A stretch of 45,622 bases of DNA from Patescibacteria group bacterium (GTDB taxonomy: Bacteria > Patescibacteriota > Patescibacteriia > Patescibacteriales > UBA12465). The position numbers and the translations under genes were made by a program. Positions 26,818 to 34,862 of this stretch are shown piece after piece. Below the pieces are notes generated by a model. The model was not told the origin of the DNA. It worked only from the letters and a program-made list of their open reading frames with translations, and searched no databases. The number at the start of each line of letters is the position of its first letter. Positions within the stretch are counted from its first letter, which is position 1. The stretch spans positions 1 to 45,622 of the forward strand of contig JARRBY010000002.1 in assembly GCA_029982795.1 (NCBI GenBank), written 5' to 3'.

Positions 26818-29800
26818 TTATCTCGATTGCACTAAAGTACTCTGATAAAGATTAGCCACCTGCGAACTGCTTAAAGCCCCCTCCCAAATAGAAATATCAT
26901 CTAATTCAACCTGATTGAGCTCAGAGCGAATATTTAAATTATTAGGCTCTTCTCCATCTTTTATCCAGATAAAGGGTAAACTTCTTTTTTCTTGACCATC
27001 GACATACATTTTTAAAACATAGCGATAAGAATCATAGGTAAAAGCAAAATGATGCCACTTATCATCATTAGGAAAATCAACATCATATCCTTCACTAAAA
27101 ATACCATAGATACCATTAAAATAAAAAGAACGACGATAAGGAGCGGGGGCAAAAGAAAATTTATCATCATTGTTATAACGCAAAGACACTAAAGACCGCC
27201 CATCTTCATCACTATTACGCCACCAAAAAGCTAACGACATGTCCTTACTCTTTATACTCTCAGTTAAATCTACTAAAATATCATTTCCCCATTTATTTTT
27301 AATTCCCGTATTATCTTCACCACGCCATATCCATTCATTGTCACCAATATCTAAAACTAATCCATTTATCTCATCAATTGCTTCTTTGCCACCCCCACTA
27401 TTTATTAACTCAGCCCCTTCATTAAAATCCCAATAATACTTCATCTCTGGCGCTTTTTGTGATAAACGCTCATTATAAGGAGCGAAAGGAGCTTGGGCTT
27501 CTATCTGATTATTTATTTCCGCATTTGTTAACGGAACAGAAAAAAGAGCAAATTCATCAATTGCAATTGAATCTGAATCTCCCCATATTTCTAAAGAGTT
27601 ATAATTATTAGGTAAATTTTGAATAAATTCTTCACGATAAGTTTCAAGACCATTAAAATATACCGCCCAATAATTTTCCAATTCATTTACAACCAAAGTA
27701 AAATGTTGCCAAGAATATTCCTCACCACTAAAAACAGGAGCATCATAATAACGCCATTTAGAATTTGGCAAATTTTCTATTTGCAGTAATTTTTTTTGTA
27801 ACTCAATTGAAACAAATTGATTTTCTGGATTTTTAAAAACAATATTTAATTTAGGTGAAGCTTCACTTCGATAAGTATTGTCTTGATAATAAAAACTAAG
27901 AGAAAAATTATTTAAATCAAGAGAATTATCTAAATTTTTTATATACTTATCATACCTATATTCAAAAACGGCGGCACAATCAAATTTGCCAATGGTATAA
28001 AAGTTCTCACCATAACATTCATCATAATGATTTAGAAATATCAAATTAGAATTTGTAATCGGTTCAGGAAAAACAAAAGGAGAAAAAGTGGTTGTTTCTT
28101 CCGATTCTTCTAAATCATCATCGCCCTCACTTTCCTCTGCCTCTTCTTCTTCAGTTTCAGTTTCAGTCTCTGTTTCCTCTTCTGTCTCTGTTTCCTCTTC
28201 TGTCTCTGTTTCCTCTTCAGTTTCAGTATCATCTGTATAATCATCCCAAACTATACTGGGATCATCAGAGGGGAAAAGTTTAAAATCAATTTTATTATTA
28301 TTGGTATCAGAAACACGATCTAAAAAATAATTATCAAATATTTCTAACGCTGGTGCTTCTCCTAAATAATAACCAGCATTACCATATCCAACTACATCAA
28401 CTATATCTTCATCAACACTACTGCTAATAGCCCCTTTTCCTAAATATAATGTATAACCATTACCGGTAAAACCAAATTCATTTCTTTTTACAATGGCATC
28501 AGCCCGAGACAAAAAATAATTACTAGCATCATCACGTACTAATAAATAATAACCTCGTGCTTTTATTTTAGTCCCACCCGGATAAATGGCATCACCTTCA
28601 TCGCCAATACGTACCGCAATACTGGGATTTTCTGCCGTTTTTGTTTTTTCAATACGAAAACCAGCCTCCGCTAAATCAAAATCATAATTAGTAGGGTTAT
28701 ACAACTCAATAAAATCATTCATCCCGGTTGCATATATTTTACTAATCAAAACCGTAGGGGTAAAACTAGGCACATTTTTGTCAGCAATATCTTCAAGATT
28801 AACTGAGGCCGGTTCTTGACCGCTATTAATTTTTGAATTTTGTATGGTAATATTTGAAGGATTTTCTGTTGTTTCTTCTTTTTTCTTAATTTCTTGTTTT
28901 TTTACCATAACCTTTTCCAATAAATCTATTTGAGGTTCCGCCTCTTTTTCTTCCTCTATATTTTCTAAATCATCATTTTTTACCACCAATCTTTCCTCCT
29001 TTTCAGCTGCACTTTTATTATTTTCATCTTGCTCGATAACCGGCCTAGCCGTTATTTTACTATTTTCTTCATTTATAAACTCATTATTTATCCTGTCTGA
29101 TTCTACATAATTTTCTTCAGTATTTTCCCTTTCATTATAATAATTACTTTCATCTACTTCCTCTTCATCAAATACCAATGTTGTTGAGTCTTTTTTAAAA
29201 ACTTTATTAATTATATTGTTGACCCCTTTACTGATTTTATAAACCGTATTTTTAATTGTTGACATCGGATTATTAATTAAACTCCAACGAAGCACAAGAC
29301 TGAGTGCCGGCGTCTTCCCTCTGATTTTCGTATCTTCAAAAGAAGAACTTATATCAATATCAACTGGCACATCTTTTAAAGTAGGTTGTAAATATTGTGT
29401 ATAGGGCAAAAAGAAATAACGCTCTCCCCTATATTCGCGCCCCGCGTTAAAACCAACTTTTTCCGGAAAAGGTAAAATTAAATCTTCACGCCGAGCAATC
29501 ATAGAAAATTCTTTTGTTTTAGAAAAACAATCTCCTTCAGCATTAACAAAACTGGTGTTATCAAAACCATCAGGAGTAATATCTATAGCATAACGAGATT
29601 TGTCATATTCTAAATCACTTAAGTTATTAGGATCGGCAATATTAGCGCTTTCATATATTTTTTCAACCAAGCCAACACAAATCCAATCACCATCACCCGC
29701 TCCTTTCTGTTTTTGAAAATTAAAATCATAAGCCGGATTTAAATTGGCAAGATTTTTAGCAATTTTTATCGCCTTTATTTGCTGCACCGTTGTCAAAGCT

Positions 29801-30129
29801 TTGGGAATTTTAGCTCCTAAAAATTTTTCTCCCAAAGCCTCATTTACAAAATATTTAGCCGGAGTTTTTACAACCCCCGTCGCCAAAGCCTCAACCACAT
29901 AATCTTCTCCATTTTCTTTACCAATATACATTCCTACGTGACCAGAGTATACATGACTTAAAATACCATAATTTATATCCAGCAAATAATTAGTGGAATA
30001 ACCATACATATAACCATCACTTGAAGTTCGATATAATAAAGCCCCTGGGGTAAGAGCGTAAACCTCAGCCCCCGTTAAGAAAAAGAAAATAAAAAATAAG
30101 GAATAAAAATATAATTTATTAAATTTCAT
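26818..30129 (-). CDS. Large secreted multidomain protein: signal peptide, permuted papain-like (YiiX/YaeF, C92-like) domain, acidic linkers, lamin-tail domain, two LamG/concanavalin-like domains
   Basis: 1103 aa with a hydrophobic signal (LFFIFFFLTGAEVYA). SGHVGMYIGKENGEDYVVEA...VKTP and PAYDFNF...DWICVGLVEKIY match the His-before-Cys order of YiiX-like enzymes. VLISKIYATGMNDFIELYNPTNYDFDL fits LTD. Two LamG_3-like blocks are WQHFTLVV...IDEFALFSVPLT and WHHFAFTY...MYVDG...LDDISIWEGALS. Confidence 0.85.
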   Translation of the reverse strand: MKFNKLYFYSLFFIFFFLTGAEVYALTPGALLYRTSSDGYMYGYSTNYLLDINYGILSHVYSGHVGMYIGKENGEDYVVEALATGVVKTPAKYFVNEALGEKFLGAKIPKALTTVQQIKAIKIAKNLANLNPAYDFNFQKQKGAGDGDWICVGLVEKIYESANIADPNNLSDLEYDKSRYAIDITPDGFDNTSFVNAEGDCFSKTKEFSMIARREDLILPFPEKVGFNAGREYRGERYFFLPYTQYLQPTLKDVPVDIDISSSFEDTKIRGKTPALSLVLRWSLINNPMSTIKNTVYKISKGVNNIINKVFKKDSTTLVFDEEEVDESNYYNERENTEENYVESDRINNEFINEENSKITARPVIEQDENNKSAAEKEERLVVKNDDLENIEEEKEAEPQIDLLEKVMVKKQEIKKKEETTENPSNITIQNSKINSGQEPASVNLEDIADKNVPSFTPTVLISKIYATGMNDFIELYNPTNYDFDLAEAGFRIEKTKTAENPSIAVRIGDEGDAIYPGGTKIKARGYYLLVRDDASNYFLSRADAIVKRNEFGFTGNGYTLYLGKGAISSSVDEDIVDVVGYGNAGYYLGEAPALEIFDNYFLDRVSDTNNNKIDFKLFPSDDPSIVWDDYTDDTETEEETETEEETETEEETETETETEEEEAEESEGDDDLEESEETTTFSPFVFPEPITNSNLIFLNHYDECYGENFYTIGKFDCAAVFEYRYDKYIKNLDNSLDLNNFSLSFYYQDNTYRSEASPKLNIVFKNPENQFVSIELQKKLLQIENLPNSKWRYYDAPVFSGEEYSWQHFTLVVNELENYWAVYFNGLETYREEFIQNLPNNYNSLEIWGDSDSIAIDEFALFSVPLTNAEINNQIEAQAPFAPYNERLSQKAPEMKYYWDFNEGAELINSGGGKEAIDEINGLVLDIGDNEWIWRGEDNTGIKNKWGNDILVDLTESIKSKDMSLAFWWRNSDEDGRSLVSLRYNNDDKFSFAPAPYRRSFYFNGIYGIFSEGYDVDFPNDDKWHHFAFTYDSYRYVLKMYVDGQEKRSLPFIWIKDGEEPNNLNIRSELNQVELDDISIWEGALSSSQVANLYQSTLVQSR
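28166..28219 (-). repeat. 18-nt tandem repeat (about 3 copies) encoding the TETEEE acidic repeat inside the 1103-aa CDS
   Basis: GTCTCTGTTTCCTCTTCT occurs at 28166-28183 and 28184-28201, and 17/18 nt of it at 28202-28219. GTTTCA hexamer repeats flank it. Confidence 0.85.
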
Positions 30130-30137
30130 ATATGATA

Positions 30138-30980
30138 TTAAAGATTAAAATAGTCAGAAACATCTTCCGGACTTAAAAGCGGTAAAGGATAGTCGTAATT
30201 ACCAATTGCTTTTAAACCTTCAATTGTAAAATATAACAGTACTTGGTTCTGTTCTTTTTTCATTATCGCTATTAAGGCTTCTTCAACCTCCGTCCGATTA
30301 CCACAACTTCGAAGAAGAAATAAAGCATCAAGTTTTATATCATTATTTAAAGATTCGCGATTAATAAAGTCCTTTAGTAAGTTTATATTCTCACTGGTGC
30401 AAATTTTGGTTTTATCTATATTAGTTAAAGCGTATATAATTGCCCCCAATAACTCGGTATTTTCACTTTCAAGCAAACTAAATAAATAATTACTCAAATC
30501 ATAAGATTTTAAATTGGTAAAATAATATATAATATTAGCCTTCGTAATAGCGGTTGTATCTGAATCAGATAAATAGTCAATTAAAAATGGAGCAACTTCT
30601 TCCCGACTGCTAGTTTCCGCAATTAACGCTAAAAGTGCCTGCTGTTGTTTTTGATTATTTATCAATACCGCTTCTTGCCAATAATTTTGCCAATCAATAA
30701 ATAATTCTTTTTCATTTGGCCAAACCGAAATGACCTTTTTCTCTCTTTCTTCGCGAACTAAAAGACAAGCTTCATGACAAATTCCTAAATTTTTATAATC
30801 ACTGTTTAACTCTGCCAATAATAACCGATTAGAGCTAACACTTCCTAATAAAAAAAGAATATAAAAAAGTGCGATAAATCCAATAATTATAATAATTAAA
30901 TAAACCCGTTTTATTTTTTTCTTTTTTTTCTTTTTTAAAAAAATTTTTATTTTATGACTAATCTTTTTAAAATTGAACAT
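30138..30980 (-). CDS. Hypothetical membrane-anchored HEAT/ARM-like helical-repeat protein
   Basis: 280 aa. Poly-Lys N-terminus, one TM (VYLIIIIIGFIALFYILFLLG), then repeated helical hairpin-like units (LLGAIIYALTNI..., ALFLLRSCGN..., LYFTIEGLKAIGN). Its stop is 8 nt before the 1103-aa gene start. Confidence 0.6.
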   Translation of the reverse strand: MFNFKKISHKIKIFLKKKKKKKIKRVYLIIIIIGFIALFYILFLLGSVSSNRLLLAELNSDYKNLGICHEACLLVREEREKKVISVWPNEKELFIDWQNYWQEAVLINNQKQQQALLALIAETSSREEVAPFLIDYLSDSDTTAITKANIIYYFTNLKSYDLSNYLFSLLESENTELLGAIIYALTNIDKTKICTSENINLLKDFINRESLNNDIKLDALFLLRSCGNRTEVEEALIAIMKKEQNQVLLYFTIEGLKAIGNYDYPLPLLSPEDVSDYFNL

Positions 30981-31087
30981 AAGATCTTGTTTTTTTTATT
31001 TAAACTCATTTAGAATGATAGCAAAAACATGTTATTTCCCTTTTAAATATAAACTAAGGAATCTTTAAAGATAAAAATAAGAGACAA

Positions 31088-31121
31088 TAAAAAAAATCAC
31101 CTTTTTATCGGTGATTTTTTT
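31088..31121 (-). terminator. Rho-independent terminator after ricT
   Basis: A8, stem ATCACC (31096-31101) pairing with GGTGAT (31110-31115), then T-run. Confidence 0.75.
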
Positions 31122-31144
31122 AGTAATCATAGAAAAATTTGTTT

Positions 31145-31954
31145 TTATTTTTTCCCCTTTTGCTTCCGGAAAGGATCAACTTCAATTATAATATCTCTTT
31201 CATCTAAATTATCGCTTAAAAGTTTTACATTAACTGTTTGTTTTAATAAGTTATGGGATAATATAGTACCTCGACGACCATCAACCTTAACTTTGGTTCC
31301 AACTGGTGGTAATTTACCCGCTAATTCCTTATACCCCTCATACTCAAACGCCAAACAACACATTAAACGCCCACACATACCAGAGATACGATCTGAGCCA
31401 CGATGTACTACTTGTTGTGTTTCTGCCATTTCCGAAGTAATTGAAGAAAATTCACACAAAAACTTCTGACAACATAAACGACGACCACAAGGGCCACAAT
31501 CACCCATTGCCTTTGCTTCATCCCGCGTTCCAATTTGTGTTAATCTGATATTAGCACTAAAATGAGGTGCCAATTCTTTTACTAACTCCCGAAAATCAAC
31601 TCTACCATCAGCAATAAAGGCAAAATTGAGACGATTACCTTCAAAGGAAAAATGAACATCAACTAATTTCATAGGTAAAGACAAACGCTCAATAACTTCT
31701 TTACAATAATTTAAGGCTTCTTCCTTTCTTGATTGATCCGCTACTTTAGCAATATCATCGAAGGTAGCCTTACGCAACACTGATTTTAATTCTTTCTCAG
31801 ATTTTTGTCTAAAATCACAACTGCTAATTCGTCCCAGTTCCCTACCCATTTCCGTTTCAACAACAACATAATCACCAACTTTAAGATCTAAGTCGGGATT
31901 TAAAAAATCATAAACCTTATCCCAAGAAGCGAACTGTACTTGGATAACATTCAT
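31145..31954 (-). CDS. ricT: PSP1-domain protein RicT/YaaT (Cys-rich, putative Fe-S)
   Basis: PSP1 C-terminal pattern and cysteine cluster GDCGPCGRRLCCQKFLCEF...GMCGRLMCCL. The track start at 31978 is TTG and overlaps tsf. I prefer the ATG at 31954 (MNVIQVQF). Confidence 0.8.
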   Translation of the reverse strand: MNVIQVQFASWDKVYDFLNPDLDLKVGDYVVVETEMGRELGRISSCDFRQKSEKELKSVLRKATFDDIAKVADQSRKEEALNYCKEVIERLSLPMKLVDVHFSFEGNRLNFAFIADGRVDFRELVKELAPHFSANIRLTQIGTRDEAKAMGDCGPCGRRLCCQKFLCEFSSITSEMAETQQVVHRGSDRISGMCGRLMCCLAFEYEGYKELAGKLPPVGTKVKVDGRRGTILSHNLLKQTVNVKLLSDNLDERDIIIEVDPFRKQKGKK

Positions 31955-31958
31955 AGAA

Positions 31959-32753
31959 CTATAATGAGTATCTAACAAAACCTAAAATCTCAGCCCCTGC
32001 TAATATTTCCTTTACTTTTTTCTTATCATCTTTAATAAATTCTTGCTCCACTAAACATACCTCAGAATAATATTTACCCATCTTACCATCAACAATTTTA
32101 TCCACCATTACCTCCGGCTTTCCTTCTTTCAATAATTGTTCACGATAAATAGATTTTTCCTTTTCTATTTCTTCCGCTGGGACATCCTCCGGCTTCAAAT
32201 ATTTAGGATTAGCCGCGGCAATTTGCATAGCAATATCGGTTGCAAGCGCTGTCATACCCGGTTTATTAAGAGCAACTAAAACACCAATTTTGCCACCCAA
32301 ATGAGAATAAGCCGCTACAGTTTCACCGCTTAATATAGCAAACCGATTAATGGTCATTTTTTCACCAATAACACCACTTAAATTATTCAATGTGTCACCC
32401 ACTGATAAATCATTAAGAGGAAGTGCTAAAAGTTCATCCAAATTGGCTGGTTTTTCAGTGGCAATAACCTCTAAAACTTGATCCGCAAAAGCTTGAAACT
32501 GATCATTACGCGCAACAAAATCAGTTTCACTATTTAACTCTAATATATAGGCTTCATTCCCCGCAGCATTAACCTTTAATTTCACAACCCCTTCATTTGT
32601 ATCACGATCAGTCCGTTTTGCCGCCTTTGCAATTCCTTTTTTACGCAATATTTCCACTGCCTTATCCAAATCATTTTCTGCCTCTTTTAATGCTTTTTGG
32701 CAGTCAACCATACCGGCACCGGTCATGGCTCTAAGTTGTTTGATAAGTTCCAT
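31959..32753 (-). CDS. tsf: Translation elongation factor Ts
   Basis: UBA-like N-terminus LIKQLRAMTGAGMVDCQKALKEAENDLDKAVEILRKKG. The ATG at 32753 is preferred over the TTG at 32774. Confidence 0.93.
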   Translation of the reverse strand: MELIKQLRAMTGAGMVDCQKALKEAENDLDKAVEILRKKGIAKAAKRTDRDTNEGVVKLKVNAAGNEAYILELNSETDFVARNDQFQAFADQVLEVIATEKPANLDELLALPLNDLSVGDTLNNLSGVIGEKMTINRFAILSGETVAAYSHLGGKIGVLVALNKPGMTALATDIAMQIAAANPKYLKPEDVPAEEIEKEKSIYREQLLKEGKPEVMVDKIVDGKMGKYYSEVCLVEQEFIKDDKKKVKEILAGAEILGFVRYSL

Positions 32754-32809
32754 ATTTTTATATTTAAATAACAAAGCAAAATTATTCTAAAATAATTTAC
32801 TTATTTTTA

Positions 32810-33496
32810 TTAATTTTTTTTAACTGACAAAAGAGTTTTTTTGATAGATTCAAGCACTAAAGCAATCGTCTTAGTGGCATCATCATTAGCCGGAATTGGA
32901 TAATTAACCAAATCCGGATTCACGTTTGTATCGCAAATTGCAATAATTGGTATATTTTTTTTAATTGCTTCCTTAACCGCCGTTTCTTCTTCTTTTATAT
33001 CCCAAATAAAAAGAGCATCCGGTAATTTATTTAAACTGGTTAAACCACCAACTCTTTCTCTTAATTTATTTATTTCTCTATCAAATTCTAATCTTTCTTT
33101 CTTGGTGTATTTTTCCAAACGACCGGATTCTTTTTTCTCAACTAAATCAAGATATTTCTTAACTGATTTTTTTACTACCGGAAAATTAGTTAAATACCCG
33201 CCTAACCACTTACCAACTATATAAGGTTGATTGATTTCTTCAGCCATTTTCTTCATCGGACCAGATACCTGATTTTTAGTACCGACAAATAAAATACGCT
33301 TTCCCTCTGAAACTAGTTTAGTCATAAACTCTAAGGCCTCAACTAATTTCTTCTGACTTTTTTTCAAATCAATAATATAAATATTATTTTTAGAGGTAAA
33401 AATGAATTCCTTCATTTTTGGGTGCCAGCGATTGGTCCGATGACCAAAGTGCATACCGGCTTGAAGCATCTCTTCCAAGGTTGGAATGTTTTTCAT
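32810..33496 (-). CDS. rpsB: 30S ribosomal protein S2
   Basis: 228 aa with LEEMLQAGMHFGHRTNRWHPKM and the classic rpsB-tsf order. Confidence 0.95.
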   Translation of the reverse strand: MKNIPTLEEMLQAGMHFGHRTNRWHPKMKEFIFTSKNNIYIIDLKKSQKKLVEALEFMTKLVSEGKRILFVGTKNQVSGPMKKMAEEINQPYIVGKWLGGYLTNFPVVKKSVKKYLDLVEKKESGRLEKYTKKERLEFDREINKLRERVGGLTSLNKLPDALFIWDIKEEETAVKEAIKKNIPIIAICDTNVNPDLVNYPIPANDDATKTIALVLESIKKTLLSVKKN

Positions 33497-33581
33497 ATTT
33501 TTTCTTTTTTACGTCTGCCTCCCCACCTTGCATACAAGGAAGAAAAAAAGGTCATATAACCTTAGAGGCATGATGATTAAT

Positions 33582-33612
33582 TAAAAATTTCTGCGCTTAA
33601 AGCAGAATTATT
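33582..33612 (-). terminator. Rho-independent terminator after the AlkD-like gene
   Basis: On the minus strand: TTCTGC-TTTAAGC-GCAGAA followed by ATTTTT. Confidence 0.6.
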
Positions 33613-33659
33613 TTAGACTAAAAATATTAATTTAAAGTCAAATTTATTATACATTATTA

Positions 33660-34397
33660 CTATTTTTTGTCAATTTTACGAAGTAAATAACGCTTTCTTG
33701 TTTTCTCGTCTAGTCTTTCAAGAGCATATAAACGAGTTATGGCTGGCATTTTTTTTAAATTTTTATCTAAATATAAGCATAATTTCTCCTCACTAACTCG
33801 TTTTCCCACTTCCCGTAACATCCAACCTACTGACTTAGCAATTAAATCATTTTTAGTATTTAACAAAATATCAGCAATTTTAAAGGTTTCTTGATAGCGT
33901 CCTGATTTTATAAAATAAAATGTAGCCACCATAGCCGCTCTTTGTCGCCACATATTAGATGATAAAGCTAATTTCTCCAATATTATAATTGCCTCCGGGC
34001 GACTTTTATAGTTATATAAATAATGTCCCAAAATTTTATAAACACTTAAATCAATTAAATCCCAATTGTTAAAACATTCTAGTTGTTTTAGATAAAATTT
34101 ATATATCCTCCTCTGTTCTGATTCACTTTTCGCTTTTTCATATTGTGTCACTAACACCAACGTTGCCGTTAAGCGCACTTCATGTACAGGATCTGACAAA
34201 AGAATAGCCAGCTCATCTAATTTTAAATCCTGATATTTTTTAGCTAACGCTCTTTGAACCGGCACTGTAATTCCCCAAAAAATATCACCGGCACCGTATT
34301 GACCGGGGTCGGTTTTAAAAAAATGTCCTAATATTTCCGCTTGCGCCTTATCTTTCCTCTGCTCTAATTCACGCTTTAAAGCTGTTATTTTATTCAT
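33660..34397 (-). CDS. DNA alkylation repair protein (AlkD-like HEAT-like-repeat glycosylase family)
   Basis: About 245 aa all-helical repeat protein whose family pattern includes GAGDIFWGITVPVQRALAKKY. The ATG at 34397 is preferred over the TTG at 34403. Confidence 0.7.
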   Translation of the reverse strand: MNKITALKRELEQRKDKAQAEILGHFFKTDPGQYGAGDIFWGITVPVQRALAKKYQDLKLDELAILLSDPVHEVRLTATLVLVTQYEKAKSESEQRRIYKFYLKQLECFNNWDLIDLSVYKILGHYLYNYKSRPEAIIILEKLALSSNMWRQRAAMVATFYFIKSGRYQETFKIADILLNTKNDLIAKSVGWMLREVGKRVSEEKLCLYLDKNLKKMPAITRLYALERLDEKTRKRYLLRKIDKK

Positions 34398-34399
34398 TT

Positions 34400-34861
34400 T
34401 CAATAATGATAGCTTTTTTTATTAATAATAGTAACCGCTCGATAAATTTGTTCAAGAACAATAACCCGCGCCATCTCATGAGTGAAAGTTAGCGCGGATA
34501 ATGAAAGAGAATTATATTTTTGCTTAATTTCTGACGAAAAACCCAAGGAACCGGCAATAACAAAAATAATTTTTTGAAAACTAAACTTATTTAAAGTTTG
34601 AGCAAAAGCAAGCGAATCTAATTTTCTACCATCTTCCGATAAAAGAAAAACTTGTCCTTCGGATTTACCGATAGCCTCCATAATACGCTTCCCTTCCTCC
34701 TCTCTCACTGATTTTATATTATTTTTTGAAAAAGGAGTAAAATTTAATTCTTTAATTTTAAGATTAACAAATGGTTTTAATCTTTTTAAATACTCTTCTG
34801 TTGCCTCTTTCCAATAAGATGTTTTTATTTTACCAAGCGCAATTATTTCTATATCCAGCAT
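34400..34861 (-). CDS. rlmH: 23S rRNA (pseudouridine1915-N3)-methyltransferase RlmH (SPOUT)
   Basis: 153 aa. The N-terminus IIALGKIK...YLKRL and C-terminal knot region FVIAGSLGFS...LSLSALTFTHEMAR. Confidence 0.9.
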   Translation of the reverse strand: MLDIEIIALGKIKTSYWKEATEEYLKRLKPFVNLKIKELNFTPFSKNNIKSVREEEGKRIMEAIGKSEGQVFLLSEDGRKLDSLAFAQTLNKFSFQKIIFVIAGSLGFSSEIKQKYNSLSLSALTFTHEMARVIVLEQIYRAVTIINKKSYHY

Positions 34862-34862
34862 A

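Noticed and set aside
28092-28283. 63-aa plus-strand ORF with a striking LFPLLS repeat
   Set aside because: It is simply the antisense reading of the TETEEE 18-nt tandem repeat in the 1103-aa gene.
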